Shown here in pieces: positions 10,688 to 19,552 of a DNA stretch of 64,000 nucleotides; the stretch's first letter is position 1, and each line of letters begins with the position of its first letter. The stretch is taken from NCBI GenBank assembly GCA_963727775.1, contig CAVSHB010000003.1, positions 96,001 to 160,000 of the forward strand. Reading direction: 5' to 3'. Origin of the DNA: an uncultured Nitrospiraceae bacterium. Its GTDB lineage: Bacteria; Nitrospirota; Thermodesulfovibrionia; Thermodesulfovibrionales; SM23-35. The notes under the pieces are model-generated. The model had not been told where the DNA came from, ran no database searches, and saw only the letters and a list, made by a program, of their open reading frames with translations. Made by a program: the position numbers and the translations under genes.

Positions 10688-10719
10688 AGGGGAGAAGGAC
10701 TTTATGTTCCTTCCCCCCT
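10688..10719 (+). terminator. Probable intrinsic terminator hairpin
   Basis: AGGGGAGAAGGAC-TTTAT-GTTCCTTCCCCCCT inverted repeat just after the stop codon. Confidence 0.5.
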
Positions 10720-10791
10720 GTGATTTAGTTATTCTGCATGCCGGTGCCGCCTCTCACATCATGTCGGAACGAGGGCAGTACCGCTTCCTTC

Positions 10792-12406
10792 CTCTTCTAA
10801 GGAAGAAGTCAAGTTTTTTTCTTGCCTTTCTCTGTTAAAGCTGAAATGGTTGTGGTGTTACTTCAACCTTTTACCTTTTCACCTAACCTCTTTTGTTCTA
10901 CGAGCCTTATAGCTCAACTTACCTTATTCAGGTCGAAAGGATGGTGGAAGTTGACCAAGCTGAATCCTACAAGCCTTCTTTTTAGCTTACGAAGAAGCAC
11001 GGTCCTTCTTCCACCACAACCACTGTTTACTCCCATATACTAAGCAGCAATTGTTACCGTATCCTGAAATCTCCGTTTGTCTCTTAAGAGTGCAAAGATT
11101 AGCTTGATCAGCTTTATTGCTACTGCGCACAGGATCTCTTTCTTCCTCGGCAGTTGACCAAACCGGTTCTTTGTCTGCAATTTTCGTTGATAATATTCTT
11201 GAAAATAGTTGGTGAGGACTACCACCCTCATGCTCATAAAGAAAAGACACTTCCTTAAGAGCCAGCGTCCCTTTTTGGATATGAACTTGCGGCTTATCCT
11301 ATAACCGGAATCGCTCTCCTGTGGATCATATCCTGCATATTTGACGATCTGACGGGCGTTTTGAAAATACGCCAGGTCTCCTAACTCTCCTAAGAAGATA
11401 GCGGCTGAAAGGGGGCCTATACCTGGGATGCTCAATAAATACTCCGAATAGGGGATCTCCTTTAGTGTGCTTTTCATCTGTCGGTCAATATCCTTGAGCA
11501 TCAGTACGGTCCGTTTCACTTCTTCCAGACATATCTTTACCCTGTAGCGATCCGTACTGCCGATTCGTTTTACTCCAATGCTCTTTATTGCTGCCTGCTG
11601 GAGAGCTTTTGCTTTTTCGGCTGCTCCCGCCTTCTTCCTTGAGCTGTGGGCGATCAGTTCCTTGATAACTGCGTGTTTCATCGATACCACATCCTCGGGA
11701 AACGGACACAAATCAAGGATTGCCCATAAACTCCGGGAATTCATTGACCAAAATATCTCATGCAGCTCAGGGAAATAGTCATCCAGTGCAGCATGAAGCG
11801 CATTTTTCGCTCCCACGCTATATCTCAAGAGTCTCTCCCTTACTTTCGACAATGTCCTTAGCTGTCTTACCACCCCGTCTTCAATTACGGTATCGATATA
11901 TTTACCCTCTCTGGTGATATTCGCTATGGTCAATGCATCTCTTTTATCGCTCTTTGCAGAGGAACTCTCGTCAAGTTCCCGATGATGCTTCAGGGCCGTA
12001 GTCCGTACAAACCGAACTTCATAACCCTTCTCTTTTCCAAAGTAGGCAAGCTTCCTCCAGTAGTGCCCTGTCGGTTCCATCCCAATGAGCACGCTGTTCA
12101 TGCCATACTTTGCTTTAAAACCCTCTGTCATCTTTACAAACTGCTCAAATCCTTCACGGTTGTTGTACAGTTTGGCGCAACTCCCCAACACGTTGCCCTC
12201 TTTGTTCATGAACCCCACCGCATTCCATGCATTCCCTACGTCCACTCCTATGACCAGGGTCTCCCTACTAATCCTTTCACGCTTTGCTACCTGCTTGTTA
12301 TAATCTTTCTCAGACATGGTGATCTCTCCTTTCTGTTATGTTGTTTGGATATTCAACTTTAACAGTTCGAGATTGCCATGTCTTTCCCTCTTCCTTATAG
12401 TAAGCT
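10792..12406 (-). mobile_element. IS110 family (IS1111-like) element 1
   Basis: Sub-terminal inverted repeats TAAGGAAGA/TCTTCCTTA; CT core at 10792 and 12405; 3' non-coding region about 250 nt; the joined ends give TTGACT-17-TACTAT. Confidence 0.75.
11040..12317 (-). CDS. IS110 family DEDD recombinase/transposase
   Basis: IGVDVG, GMEPTGHYW, KSDKRDA, SIPGIG, SDSG, ISKKG. Confidence 0.95.
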   Translation of the reverse strand: MSEKDYNKQVAKRERISRETLVIGVDVGNAWNAVGFMNKEGNVLGSCAKLYNNREGFEQFVKMTEGFKAKYGMNSVLIGMEPTGHYWRKLAYFGKEKGYEVRFVRTTALKHHRELDESSSAKSDKRDALTIANITREGKYIDTVIEDGVVRQLRTLSKVRERLLRYSVGAKNALHAALDDYFPELHEIFWSMNSRSLWAILDLCPFPEDVVSMKHAVIKELIAHSSRKKAGAAEKAKALQQAAIKSIGVKRIGSTDRYRVKICLEEVKRTVLMLKDIDRQMKSTLKEIPYSEYLLSIPGIGPLSAAIFLGELGDLAYFQNARQIVKYAGYDPQESDSGYRISRKFISKKGRWLLRKCLFFMSMRVVVLTNYFQEYYQRKLQTKNRFGQLPRKKEILCAVAIKLIKLIFALLRDKRRFQDTVTIAA

Positions 12407-12623
12407 GAAGCAAACAGTCCAGAGGTACTGTCAAAAAATGAATAGTTCAAATGTTAATCAGTAACAATGCTGCCTTCTTTAAATCCTCTTACAATATCCT
12501 ATGCATATCTTCTGGAAAGGTTGGCTTAATAAGCCTATTTATTGTAAAATTGTTGCGTTCAATCACGAGAGAATCGGAGGCGGGAGTTAAAGTACATGAA
12601 ATATTCCATAGGAGGTAGGCAAA

Positions 12624-13136
12624 TTGGGAACAATTAGAAGAATTAAAAAGCCTTTGAAAGCAACAATGTGTGTAGCGTTTTGTCTGTTACTTATAACACT
12701 TATTGCAGGTCCGGCTCTATCGGAAGAATCTGCAGACAGTCACCATGAAGAAGGTCATGAAAATAGTAATGATGTAGCTCTTTTTTTGGGGAATACTCAT
12801 CATGGAGATGAGAATGGATTCTCCGTGGGAATGGATTACGAACACCGTCTAAATACAATCTTGGGTGTAGGTGGCTTGTTGGAATATTCGGCAGGCGATT
12901 TTGACTCGTGGGTTGTCGCAGCATCATTGTTCATTCACCCATACAAAGGCTTTCGACTTATACTTGCTCCAGGGTTCGAAAACAAGGACAACCGAAATAA
13001 TTTTCTTTTCCGTACTGGTGTAGCTTATCAATTCGAAATCGGCAACAAATGGTCAATATCTCCGGAATATAACGTGGACTTTGTACATGGCGAGACGGTG
13101 CATGTTTATGGGGTATCATTTGGCCTTGGTTTCTAA
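12624..13136 (+). CDS. Small outer-membrane beta-barrel protein with His-rich N-terminus
   Basis: RBS AGGAGG and TTG start, signal peptide, SHHEEGH, alternating beta-strands, C-terminal Phe. Confidence 0.7.
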   Translation: MGTIRRIKKPLKATMCVAFCLLLITLIAGPALSEESADSHHEEGHENSNDVALFLGNTHHGDENGFSVGMDYEHRLNTILGVGGLLEYSAGDFDSWVVAASLFIHPYKGFRLILAPGFENKDNRNNFLFRTGVAYQFEIGNKWSISPEYNVDFVHGETVHVYGVSFGLGF

Positions 13137-13206
13137 ACCGGCTTAGTTATATATAGAAATGGCATAAGATCAAACTTCCCCATTCAATCATAAGGGAGAC
13201 TAATTT

Positions 13207-14950
13207 TATAGCTATTAAAAAATAGAAACCTCCTGTAAGAATAAGTTTATGGAGAAACAAAATTCTTTTGACAGGAGGTTTCTATGGAACAAGTAGATGG
13301 TATCAGACTTAGGGAGTTTCGACAAGTCAAGAAAGAGATACGTGGCTCCGATCAGTATTTGATCATCGGCATCGACGTGGCTAAAGAGAAGCACAATGCC
13401 TTTTTCGGCACGCCGAATGGCAAAACGCTGCACAAGGGAGTGATCTTTGACAACACGATTGAAGGATTCGAGAAACTGCTGACGCTGACAGAAGCGCTTA
13501 AGGTCCAGCATGACCTTACAAAGGTGGTCTTTGGTCTTGAGCCCACAGCCAATTACCATAAGCCTCTGGGAGAGCATCTTATTAAGTGTGGGCATATGGT
13601 TGTTTTGGTAGCGGGGACGGCAGTAAAAAACAACCGCACGCTTCTGGATGGCAGATGGGATAAGCACGACACCAAGGATTCCTCTAACGTAGCCGACCTC
13701 ATTTCCCAAGGGAAATTCCTATTCTATGAATATCCGGATCCGAAGATGCGGGATCTGAGGAATCTCCTTTCCTTAAAGAGACGACTCAAGAAAGAGGAAC
13801 ATGGCCTCCGGGTTCGCATCCGCAATCAGCTTCTGGCCCAGTATTTCCCTGAAATGGACCGCCACTTCGGCCCAGCGGTGAGCATGGCTGTAGTCGGACG
13901 CTGTCTTAATCCCTCGGTGATCGCCGGGATGGAATTCGATGAATTCCGCAGGCACGTTGCCCTCAGCAGAATGAATATTGCCCAACAAAAGCTGCTGCAG
14001 GCGATCTGGCAGATAGCCCCTGATTCCATTGGATGTTATGTAGGAGACGCAGTGCCGTTCGAGGCGAAGGTGATGGTATCCATGCTTAATCAGGTGCGAG
14101 AGACGATCAAAGAGGTGGAAGATAAAATAGAGGATATGTGCCTACAGTTTCCGGAATACCCATGCCTTTTGAGTATCCCTGGCTTTGGGCCGGATGTCTC
14201 ATCAAAGGTTCTCGGGGCGATAGGTAATCCCTTTCGCTTTACGAGCGACAAGCAGGTCCTGAAGATGGCTGGTTTCGACCTTTGCGCGGAGCGAAGCGGA
14301 AAGACTTCAAACAGCGTAACGCCGGTAATCTCCAAACAAGGGAAAGCCGATCTTCGCTACGCCTTATATCAGGCTGCTCTAATCGCTTCCTTTCATAACA
14401 AAGATTTTACGATTTATTACACCAATAAGCTCAGAGGTCGGCAGAGGGAAAAGGGAATTAGTACGAAGATGCGTGTAAAGATAGCCGCAAAGCTTTTGGT
14501 TATCGCATGGACCTTGATGAAAAAGAAGGAGCTATTCGATCCAAAATATCTCAATAAGGGGGATATCCAAATATAGGCCACATCAAAAGAACTTAACTGA
14601 GGGCTTCCTGTGAAGCCGTTTCTGTTCTGGAGGCCCCAAAAACAAGACGCAGAGAGCCCGAGCTTGGCTTAGTTGAGGCGAAAGACCTCGTGGAGAACAA
14701 TATAGGGCCTCTCACTGAACTTGAGAGTCTGGATAAGGGATGATGGGCGGTACGCTCAATGCGGAACACGTCGGATAAACGTAACTATCAGAGATCAAGT
14801 TCGATTGTAGTGAGAGAGTGCGTCGAGAAAAAATACTATCGTCCAGATGGACGTACGGCAGACTATTGTTCTTGCAAGATCTCGGATAACGATCATTGAT
14901 ATTTAAGTAAATTTCCCAGATGTTTTTTGTCTTGACAGGAGGCACTATAG
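13207..14950 (+). mobile_element. IS110 family (IS1111-like) element 2
   Basis: TATAG at both ends (13207, 14946); sub-terminal inverted repeat CCTCCTGT/ACAGGAGG; about 370 nt 3' non-coding region; TTGACA just inside the right end. Confidence 0.75.
13284..14576 (+). CDS. IS110 family DEDD recombinase/transposase
   Basis: IGIDVAK, GLEPTANYH, KHDTKDS, SIPGFG, RSG, ISKQG. Confidence 0.95.
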   Translation: MEQVDGIRLREFRQVKKEIRGSDQYLIIGIDVAKEKHNAFFGTPNGKTLHKGVIFDNTIEGFEKLLTLTEALKVQHDLTKVVFGLEPTANYHKPLGEHLIKCGHMVVLVAGTAVKNNRTLLDGRWDKHDTKDSSNVADLISQGKFLFYEYPDPKMRDLRNLLSLKRRLKKEEHGLRVRIRNQLLAQYFPEMDRHFGPAVSMAVVGRCLNPSVIAGMEFDEFRRHVALSRMNIAQQKLLQAIWQIAPDSIGCYVGDAVPFEAKVMVSMLNQVRETIKEVEDKIEDMCLQFPEYPCLLSIPGFGPDVSSKVLGAIGNPFRFTSDKQVLKMAGFDLCAERSGKTSNSVTPVISKQGKADLRYALYQAALIASFHNKDFTIYYTNKLRGRQREKGISTKMRVKIAAKLLVIAWTLMKKKELFDPKYLNKGDIQI

Positions 14951-15148
14951 GATGTTCTCTCTCATTTCTTGTGGCGACAGAGAAAGATCAACTAAAGTTT
15001 ATAACAGATATTATAGGGGGCGTGAATGTTTCGCCCTTCCTTTTATGTTTGAATCGAATGTATAATCAGCGTAAAAATAAATGTTCGACGACAAAAAAAC
15101 ATGCTCTTTAGAGAAAGTTTCCAAGCACGTCGTTAAAAGTAGGACGAG

Positions 15149-15676
15149 ATGAAGATCAGTATATTTGTAGTTGTATTGTTAGCGTGGAGTATCACAGCCT
15201 TGGCCGAAGACAGCAATTTCAGCACCCACTTGCATTCTAAATTCCAGACCAAGGGGTGTACCAATTGCCATGACTTCTTCGATAAGGAGCGCGGAGGGTT
15301 GGCTTTCAAGAGCCATAAGGGACGTTCTTCAGACATGTGTGTGTATTGCCATACGCAGGATGTAACCGGGTTTAAGCATACAGATGAGTGGTTCGCACAA
15401 CCTGGTCTTTACACTTCGGGTATGGATTCACAACAAACTTGCGAGGCCATAAAAACAGCGCTGCACGCAAAGTTCAAAAACAAAGAGATGATAGCAAGAC
15501 AGATGGAGCTTCACCTCTTCGAAGACCCTCGCGTACTGTGGGGTATCGAAGAAGCGACACCAAATAGCGGCATGCTGCCCGGGGGCGAGAAAGAGAAAGA
15601 TTTGGTGAAAGAAGGCTTGACGAAATGGAAGGATCAAGTCAGGGCATGGATACGGGGGGGCATGAAGTGCCAATAG
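15149..15676 (+). CDS. Periplasmic di-heme c-type cytochrome
   Basis: Signal peptide and two CxxCH motifs (CTNCH, CVYCH). Confidence 0.8.
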   Translation: MKISIFVVVLLAWSITALAEDSNFSTHLHSKFQTKGCTNCHDFFDKERGGLAFKSHKGRSSDMCVYCHTQDVTGFKHTDEWFAQPGLYTSGMDSQQTCEAIKTALHAKFKNKEMIARQMELHLFEDPRVLWGIEEATPNSGMLPGGEKEKDLVKEGLTKWKDQVRAWIRGGMKCQ

Positions 15677-15910
15677 AGAACAGTAAAAGTCGAGGCGTCA
15701 GGTTTATGCATTGGCATATTTACAGAAGAAGGCCGAATGACCTTCTTACGCCGGTTCAAATTGACTTTGTCAGCGATAAGATATTCTCTTATCACAATTA
15801 CTTTCAAAAAGAAAAACGATAAGATTTGTTATACTTAAATATAAATCCTTGAAATCAAATAGGTGCTCGTCTGTAACTTCTCATTAAGACAACTGGCAAA
15901 GGAGTGTAAC

Positions 15911-16267
15911 ATGAAACGTTTAGTAATATTATCAATTATGGTTTTAAGTGTTGTATTTTCAACCGCTGGAAAAAACATCTTTGCTGATCAGCCGACAGAA
16001 AATATATATGACACATCTTCATTATCCGGTAAGGTAGTTGAAACAATGGACAGTGGCGGATACACTTATGTGTGTCTTAAGAAGAGCGATAAAAAAACAT
16101 GGTTAGCGGTCCCCAAAATGAAAGTAGTTGTAGGGCAGATTATGTCTTTCAAACCTGGTATCGAAATGATAAATTTTGAGAGTAAGACCCTCAAACGTAA
16201 ATTTGATAAGATTATTTTTTCCGAAGGTCCAATTACCATCGAGGACCGAGAACTGAAGTCCATATGA
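15911..16267 (+). CDS. Exported OB-fold (NrfJ-like) protein
   Basis: RBS AAGGAG and ATG 15911; signal peptide; SGKVVETMDSGGYTYV...WLAVP...MINFESKTLKRKFDKIIF. Confidence 0.7.
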   Translation: MKRLVILSIMVLSVVFSTAGKNIFADQPTENIYDTSSLSGKVVETMDSGGYTYVCLKKSDKKTWLAVPKMKVVVGQIMSFKPGIEMINFESKTLKRKFDKIIFSEGPITIEDRELKSI

Positions 16268-16350
16268 ATATAAAATCTTTTTTCTCATTCTGTTAATTAC
16301 CGCTTCAAATGTGAACCTCCAAACTTTACAGCCTTTTGTGCGACCTCCTT

Positions 16351-16752
16351 CTAAAACGGTTCTAAATCGGTGGTATCATGATCGCCGAGGTCGACATCAC
16401 CAGCCACTGCCGCTCCTTCTCCTTCTCCCCGACGCGACGACAGGAACCTGACGGATTGCGCGACTACCTCGAACTTGCTCCTCTGCTGACCGTCCTTCTC
16501 CCACCTTCTTTCCTGGAGCCTTCCCTCTACAAGCGCTTGACTCCCTTTATTAAGGTATTTACTGCACGACTCCGCCTGCTTGCCAAAAACAACGGCATCT
16601 ATAAAAAGTGCCTCCTCTTTCATCTCGTTCCCCTGTTTATACTTAGAGTTTACCGCCAGTCGCAAGGTGCAAACAGGCGTTCCCTGTGGGGTGTATCTGA
16701 GCTCCGTATCCTTTGTAAGATTGCCAATGAGTATTACTTTGTTGAATGACAT
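16351..16752 (-). CDS. ssb: Single-stranded DNA-binding protein (island copy)
   Basis: MSFNKVILIGNLTKD.ELRYT, VEGRLQ.R.W, acidic tail DLEPF. Confidence 0.95.
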   Translation of the reverse strand: MSFNKVILIGNLTKDTELRYTPQGTPVCTLRLAVNSKYKQGNEMKEEALFIDAVVFGKQAESCSKYLNKGSQALVEGRLQERRWEKDGQQRSKFEVVAQSVRFLSSRRGEGEGAAVAGDVDLGDHDTTDLEPF

Positions 16753-16996
16753 CTATATACCTCCCGGTTTAGCCACCCCCAAGGGTAGCCGCATTTACTA
16801 CGACAGTATTTTAATAATACCAGACTATACTTCACCTTGAGAGCATTATTTTATACGCTTGGGAGATGCCTTGACTGATTCTCAATACAAGGCTTAAAAG
16901 ACCTTAAAAATGATGATTGAGAGGGATATTAATCAATAACAATTATTATCCGAATTAGATGAACTTTAGATATGGTTTTTATCGTTTAATCAGCTC

Positions 16997-17030
16997 TTGA
17001 TATATCTCTAAAAAAGAGTAAACTTATAAT
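16997..17030 (+). promoter_or_regulatory. Candidate sigma70 promoter for the tandem non-coding units
   Basis: TTGATA-16-TAAACT followed by TATAAT, 12 nt upstream of unit 1. Confidence 0.4.
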
Positions 17031-17042
17031 TAAGAGAAAGAA

Positions 17043-17204
17043 TTGCGATACTCAGGACGGATTAAACTTGAGATTATAAGTAGTAAAGGGAGCGGGAGTT
17101 GGATGCGGTGATTAGCCTCCGGCAGCACCAAGCAGTAAAGGAGGAAAGAAGCATCTGCCGAAGCCCCTTAGAAAGCTCAAGGTTTTCCGGAACTGAGTTC
17201 GCAA
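17043..17204 (+). ncRNA. 6S RNA-like rod-shaped ncRNA, copy 1
   Basis: Nested pairings TTGCGA/TCGCAA, CTCAG/CTGAG, CGG/CCG, CTTGAG/CTCAAG, central A-rich bubble, AAGGG/CCCTT, GGATGC/GCATCT, CCTCC/GGAGG; GGGAGC motif after the bubble. Confidence 0.6.
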
Positions 17205-17214
17205 GTAAAAAAAA

Positions 17215-17381
17215 TTGCGATACTCAGGGCGGGATTAAACCTGAGGATCAACCGTAGAATAGGAAGCAGGAGTTAGATGCCAGTGAGTAAGCCTCCAGCA
17301 GCGAGGAGGAAACCTAAAGGCATCTACCGAAGCACCCACTTAGACGAAAGAGCTCAAGGTATCCCGGAACTGAGATCGCAA
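17215..17381 (+). ncRNA. 6S RNA-like rod-shaped ncRNA, copy 2
   Basis: Same nested stems (CGGG/CCCG, AGATGC/GCATCT, CCTCC/GGAGG) with divergent loops; GCACCCACTT resembles the 6S GCACCCACCTG motif. Confidence 0.6.
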
Positions 17382-17734
17382 GTTATACTGGAGCCATATA
17401 AGGGTATTTGGTCATCCTGCCAATGCAGGCAGAAGTTGCCGGTGCAGGGAGATTGTCCAATCAGGCAGAACCCTTAAATTGGCTCTATTTATTTTGTGCT
17501 TATGTTAAGAAAGCTGTTCTTTTTCTTCTAAAATCTTAGCAGCAGCATTGGTAATCAGGGACGTTGCCTTTTATTCTCTCCTTTGAAAGGTCATTTGCTC
17601 TCTTCAGCACGTCTCCCCGTTCTTCATGGTAGTAACAGCTTTATATCGAAATATTCAGCGTTTGCTCCTTCCTGAAGTCAACGTCGTCGAAACCTGATAT
17701 AATGGTGCATGTTACAAATGGGAATGATTAAGAG

Positions 17735-18097
17735 GTGATTGCTAAGAAAACATTATCCTTAGTCACGCTTGCAGGGCTTCTTGTCATATGCATTATCGCT
17801 GCATTCATCTTTATGAATTCAAGACTGTCGACAATAGAACGTTCTATTTACAGTCTGCCGAACAAACCTTCAGTCAGTATTGAGCAGGATATCCCTAAGG
17901 ATTATAGGTCGTTTATTGATGAATATCTCGAACGTAATATAGAGATGATTGTGAAAAGAAATCATCCCGTGGGTGGGAAATGGATAATTACTAAGCGTAC
18001 TTTCTTGTCTGCGAATACCATCAGACTTGATTATGAAGACGGGCATGAATTGGGCAAATTGATACTCGTGATTGACGGCATAAAAGACATTAAGTAA
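17735..18097 (+). CDS. Membrane-anchored hypothetical protein
   Basis: N-terminal hydrophobic helix, HPVGGKW..T and YEDGH; directly upstream of the Sel1 gene. Confidence 0.6.
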   Translation: MIAKKTLSLVTLAGLLVICIIAAFIFMNSRLSTIERSIYSLPNKPSVSIEQDIPKDYRSFIDEYLERNIEMIVKRNHPVGGKWIITKRTFLSANTIRLDYEDGHELGKLILVIDGIKDIK

Positions 18098-18109
18098 TCA
18101 ACAAACAAT

Positions 18110-19552
18110 ATGGAGGTAAAGGATAATATGAGGCGAGGGATTGTTATTCTGGTTCTGATGCTTATGGGTGTCAATGGGTTCGCTCTGATAGCAGGAGCTG
18201 AAATGACGTTTCTGCAGACGAAAAAGAATGCCGAACGGGGGGATGCTCAGGCCCAGTATAATCTTGGCGAGATGTATGAGCATGGCGAAGGAATAGCCCA
18301 GGACATTACAGAGGCAGTTAAATGGTATCGGAAAGCAGCCAAGCAGACGAAAAAGAATGCCGAACAGGGGGATGCTCAGGCCCAGTATCGTCTTGGCGTG
18401 ATGTATGAGTACGGCAAAGGAGGGGTATCCAAAGACAATGCAGAGGCGGTCAAATGGTATCGGAAGGCAGCCGATCAGGGGCATGTTGAGGCCCAGATTA
18501 GTCTCGGCCTGAAGTACGAGTACGGCAAAGGAGGAGTATCCAAGGACAATGCAGAGGCGGTCAAATGGTATCAGAAGGCAGCTCAACAGACGAAAAAGAA
18601 TGCCGAACAGGGGGATGCTCAGGCCCAGTATCTCTTTGGCATGATGTATGACCACGGCAAAGGGGTATCCCAGGATAATACAGAGGCAGTCAAATGGTAT
18701 CGGAAGGCGGCCGATCAGGGATATGTTAAGGCCCAGGTTAGTCTTGGAGTTAAGTACGACCATGGCGAAGGAGTATCCCAAGATAATGCGGAGGCGGTCA
18801 AATGGTATCGGAAGGCGGCTGATCAGGGATACGCTCAAGCCCAATATAGTCTTGGAGTTAAGTACGACCATGGCGAAGGAGTATCCCGGGATAATGCGGA
18901 GGCGGTTAGATGGTATCGGAAGGCAGCCCAGCAGACACAAAAAAATGCAGAACAAGGGGATGCCTATGCCCAGTATAGTCTTGGCGTCATGTATGAATAC
19001 GGTCGAGGAGTATCCCAGGACAATGCAGAAGCGGTCAAATGGTATCGGAAGGCGGCCGATCAGGGATACGCTCAAGCCCAATATAGTCTTGGAGTTAAGT
19101 ATGACCATGGCGAAGGGGTATCCCAAGATAATGCAGAGGCGGTCAAATGGTATCAGAAGGCGGCCGATCAGGGATACGCTCAAGCCCAATATAGTCTTGG
19201 AGTTAAGTATGACCATGGCGAAGGAGTATCCCAGGACAATGCAGAGGCAGTTAACTGGTATCGGAAGGCAGCTGAACAGGGATACGCTGATGGCCAATGC
19301 AAACTAGGGATGATGTATTTCGGCGGCACAGGAGTATCCAAGGACGATTTAGAGGCGGTTAAATGGTATCGGAAAGCAGCCGAACAAGGGGATGCTCGCT
19401 GCCAATATTATCTTGGCCTGATGTATCTCATTGGCAAAGGAGTCTCACAAGACAATGCAGAGGCCGCTAAATGGTATCGGAAGGCAGCCCAGCAGGGACA
19501 TGAATGGGCAAAAGTAGAATTGGATAAGTTGAACAAGTTGTCCCCAAAATAG
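18110..19552 (+). CDS. Secreted Sel1-like repeat protein
   Basis: Signal peptide followed by about a dozen 36-aa AQYxLGxxYxxGxGVSQDNAEAVKWYRKAAxQG repeats; true start may be 18128. Confidence 0.95.
   Translation: MEVKDNMRRGIVILVLMLMGVNGFALIAGAEMTFLQTKKNAERGDAQAQYNLGEMYEHGEGIAQDITEAVKWYRKAAKQTKKNAEQGDAQAQYRLGVMYEYGKGGVSKDNAEAVKWYRKAADQGHVEAQISLGLKYEYGKGGVSKDNAEAVKWYQKAAQQTKKNAEQGDAQAQYLFGMMYDHGKGVSQDNTEAVKWYRKAADQGYVKAQVSLGVKYDHGEGVSQDNAEAVKWYRKAADQGYAQAQYSLGVKYDHGEGVSRDNAEAVRWYRKAAQQTQKNAEQGDAYAQYSLGVMYEYGRGVSQDNAEAVKWYRKAADQGYAQAQYSLGVKYDHGEGVSQDNAEAVKWYQKAADQGYAQAQYSLGVKYDHGEGVSQDNAEAVNWYRKAAEQGYADGQCKLGMMYFGGTGVSKDDLEAVKWYRKAAEQGDARCQYYLGLMYLIGKGVSQDNAEAAKWYRKAAQQGHEWAKVELDKLNKLSPK

Noticed and set aside
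17043..17381. Tandem glycine riboswitch interpretation (CCGAAG and CTCAAGG-like motifs)
   Set aside because: The units fold as unbranched rods, are longer than glycine aptamers, lack the GGAGA/CTCTCAGG junction layout, and no glycine-related gene follows
18098..19297. 399-aa hydrophobic repetitive ORF on the minus strand, and the 219-aa alternative-frame ORF at 18648
   Set aside because: Shadow frames of the Sel1 repeat gene, kept open by its repetitive codons
18200..19500. CRISPR array or DGR template/variable repeats
   Set aside because: The repeats are in-frame coding units without unique spacers, and I found no cas or reverse transcriptase gene in the window
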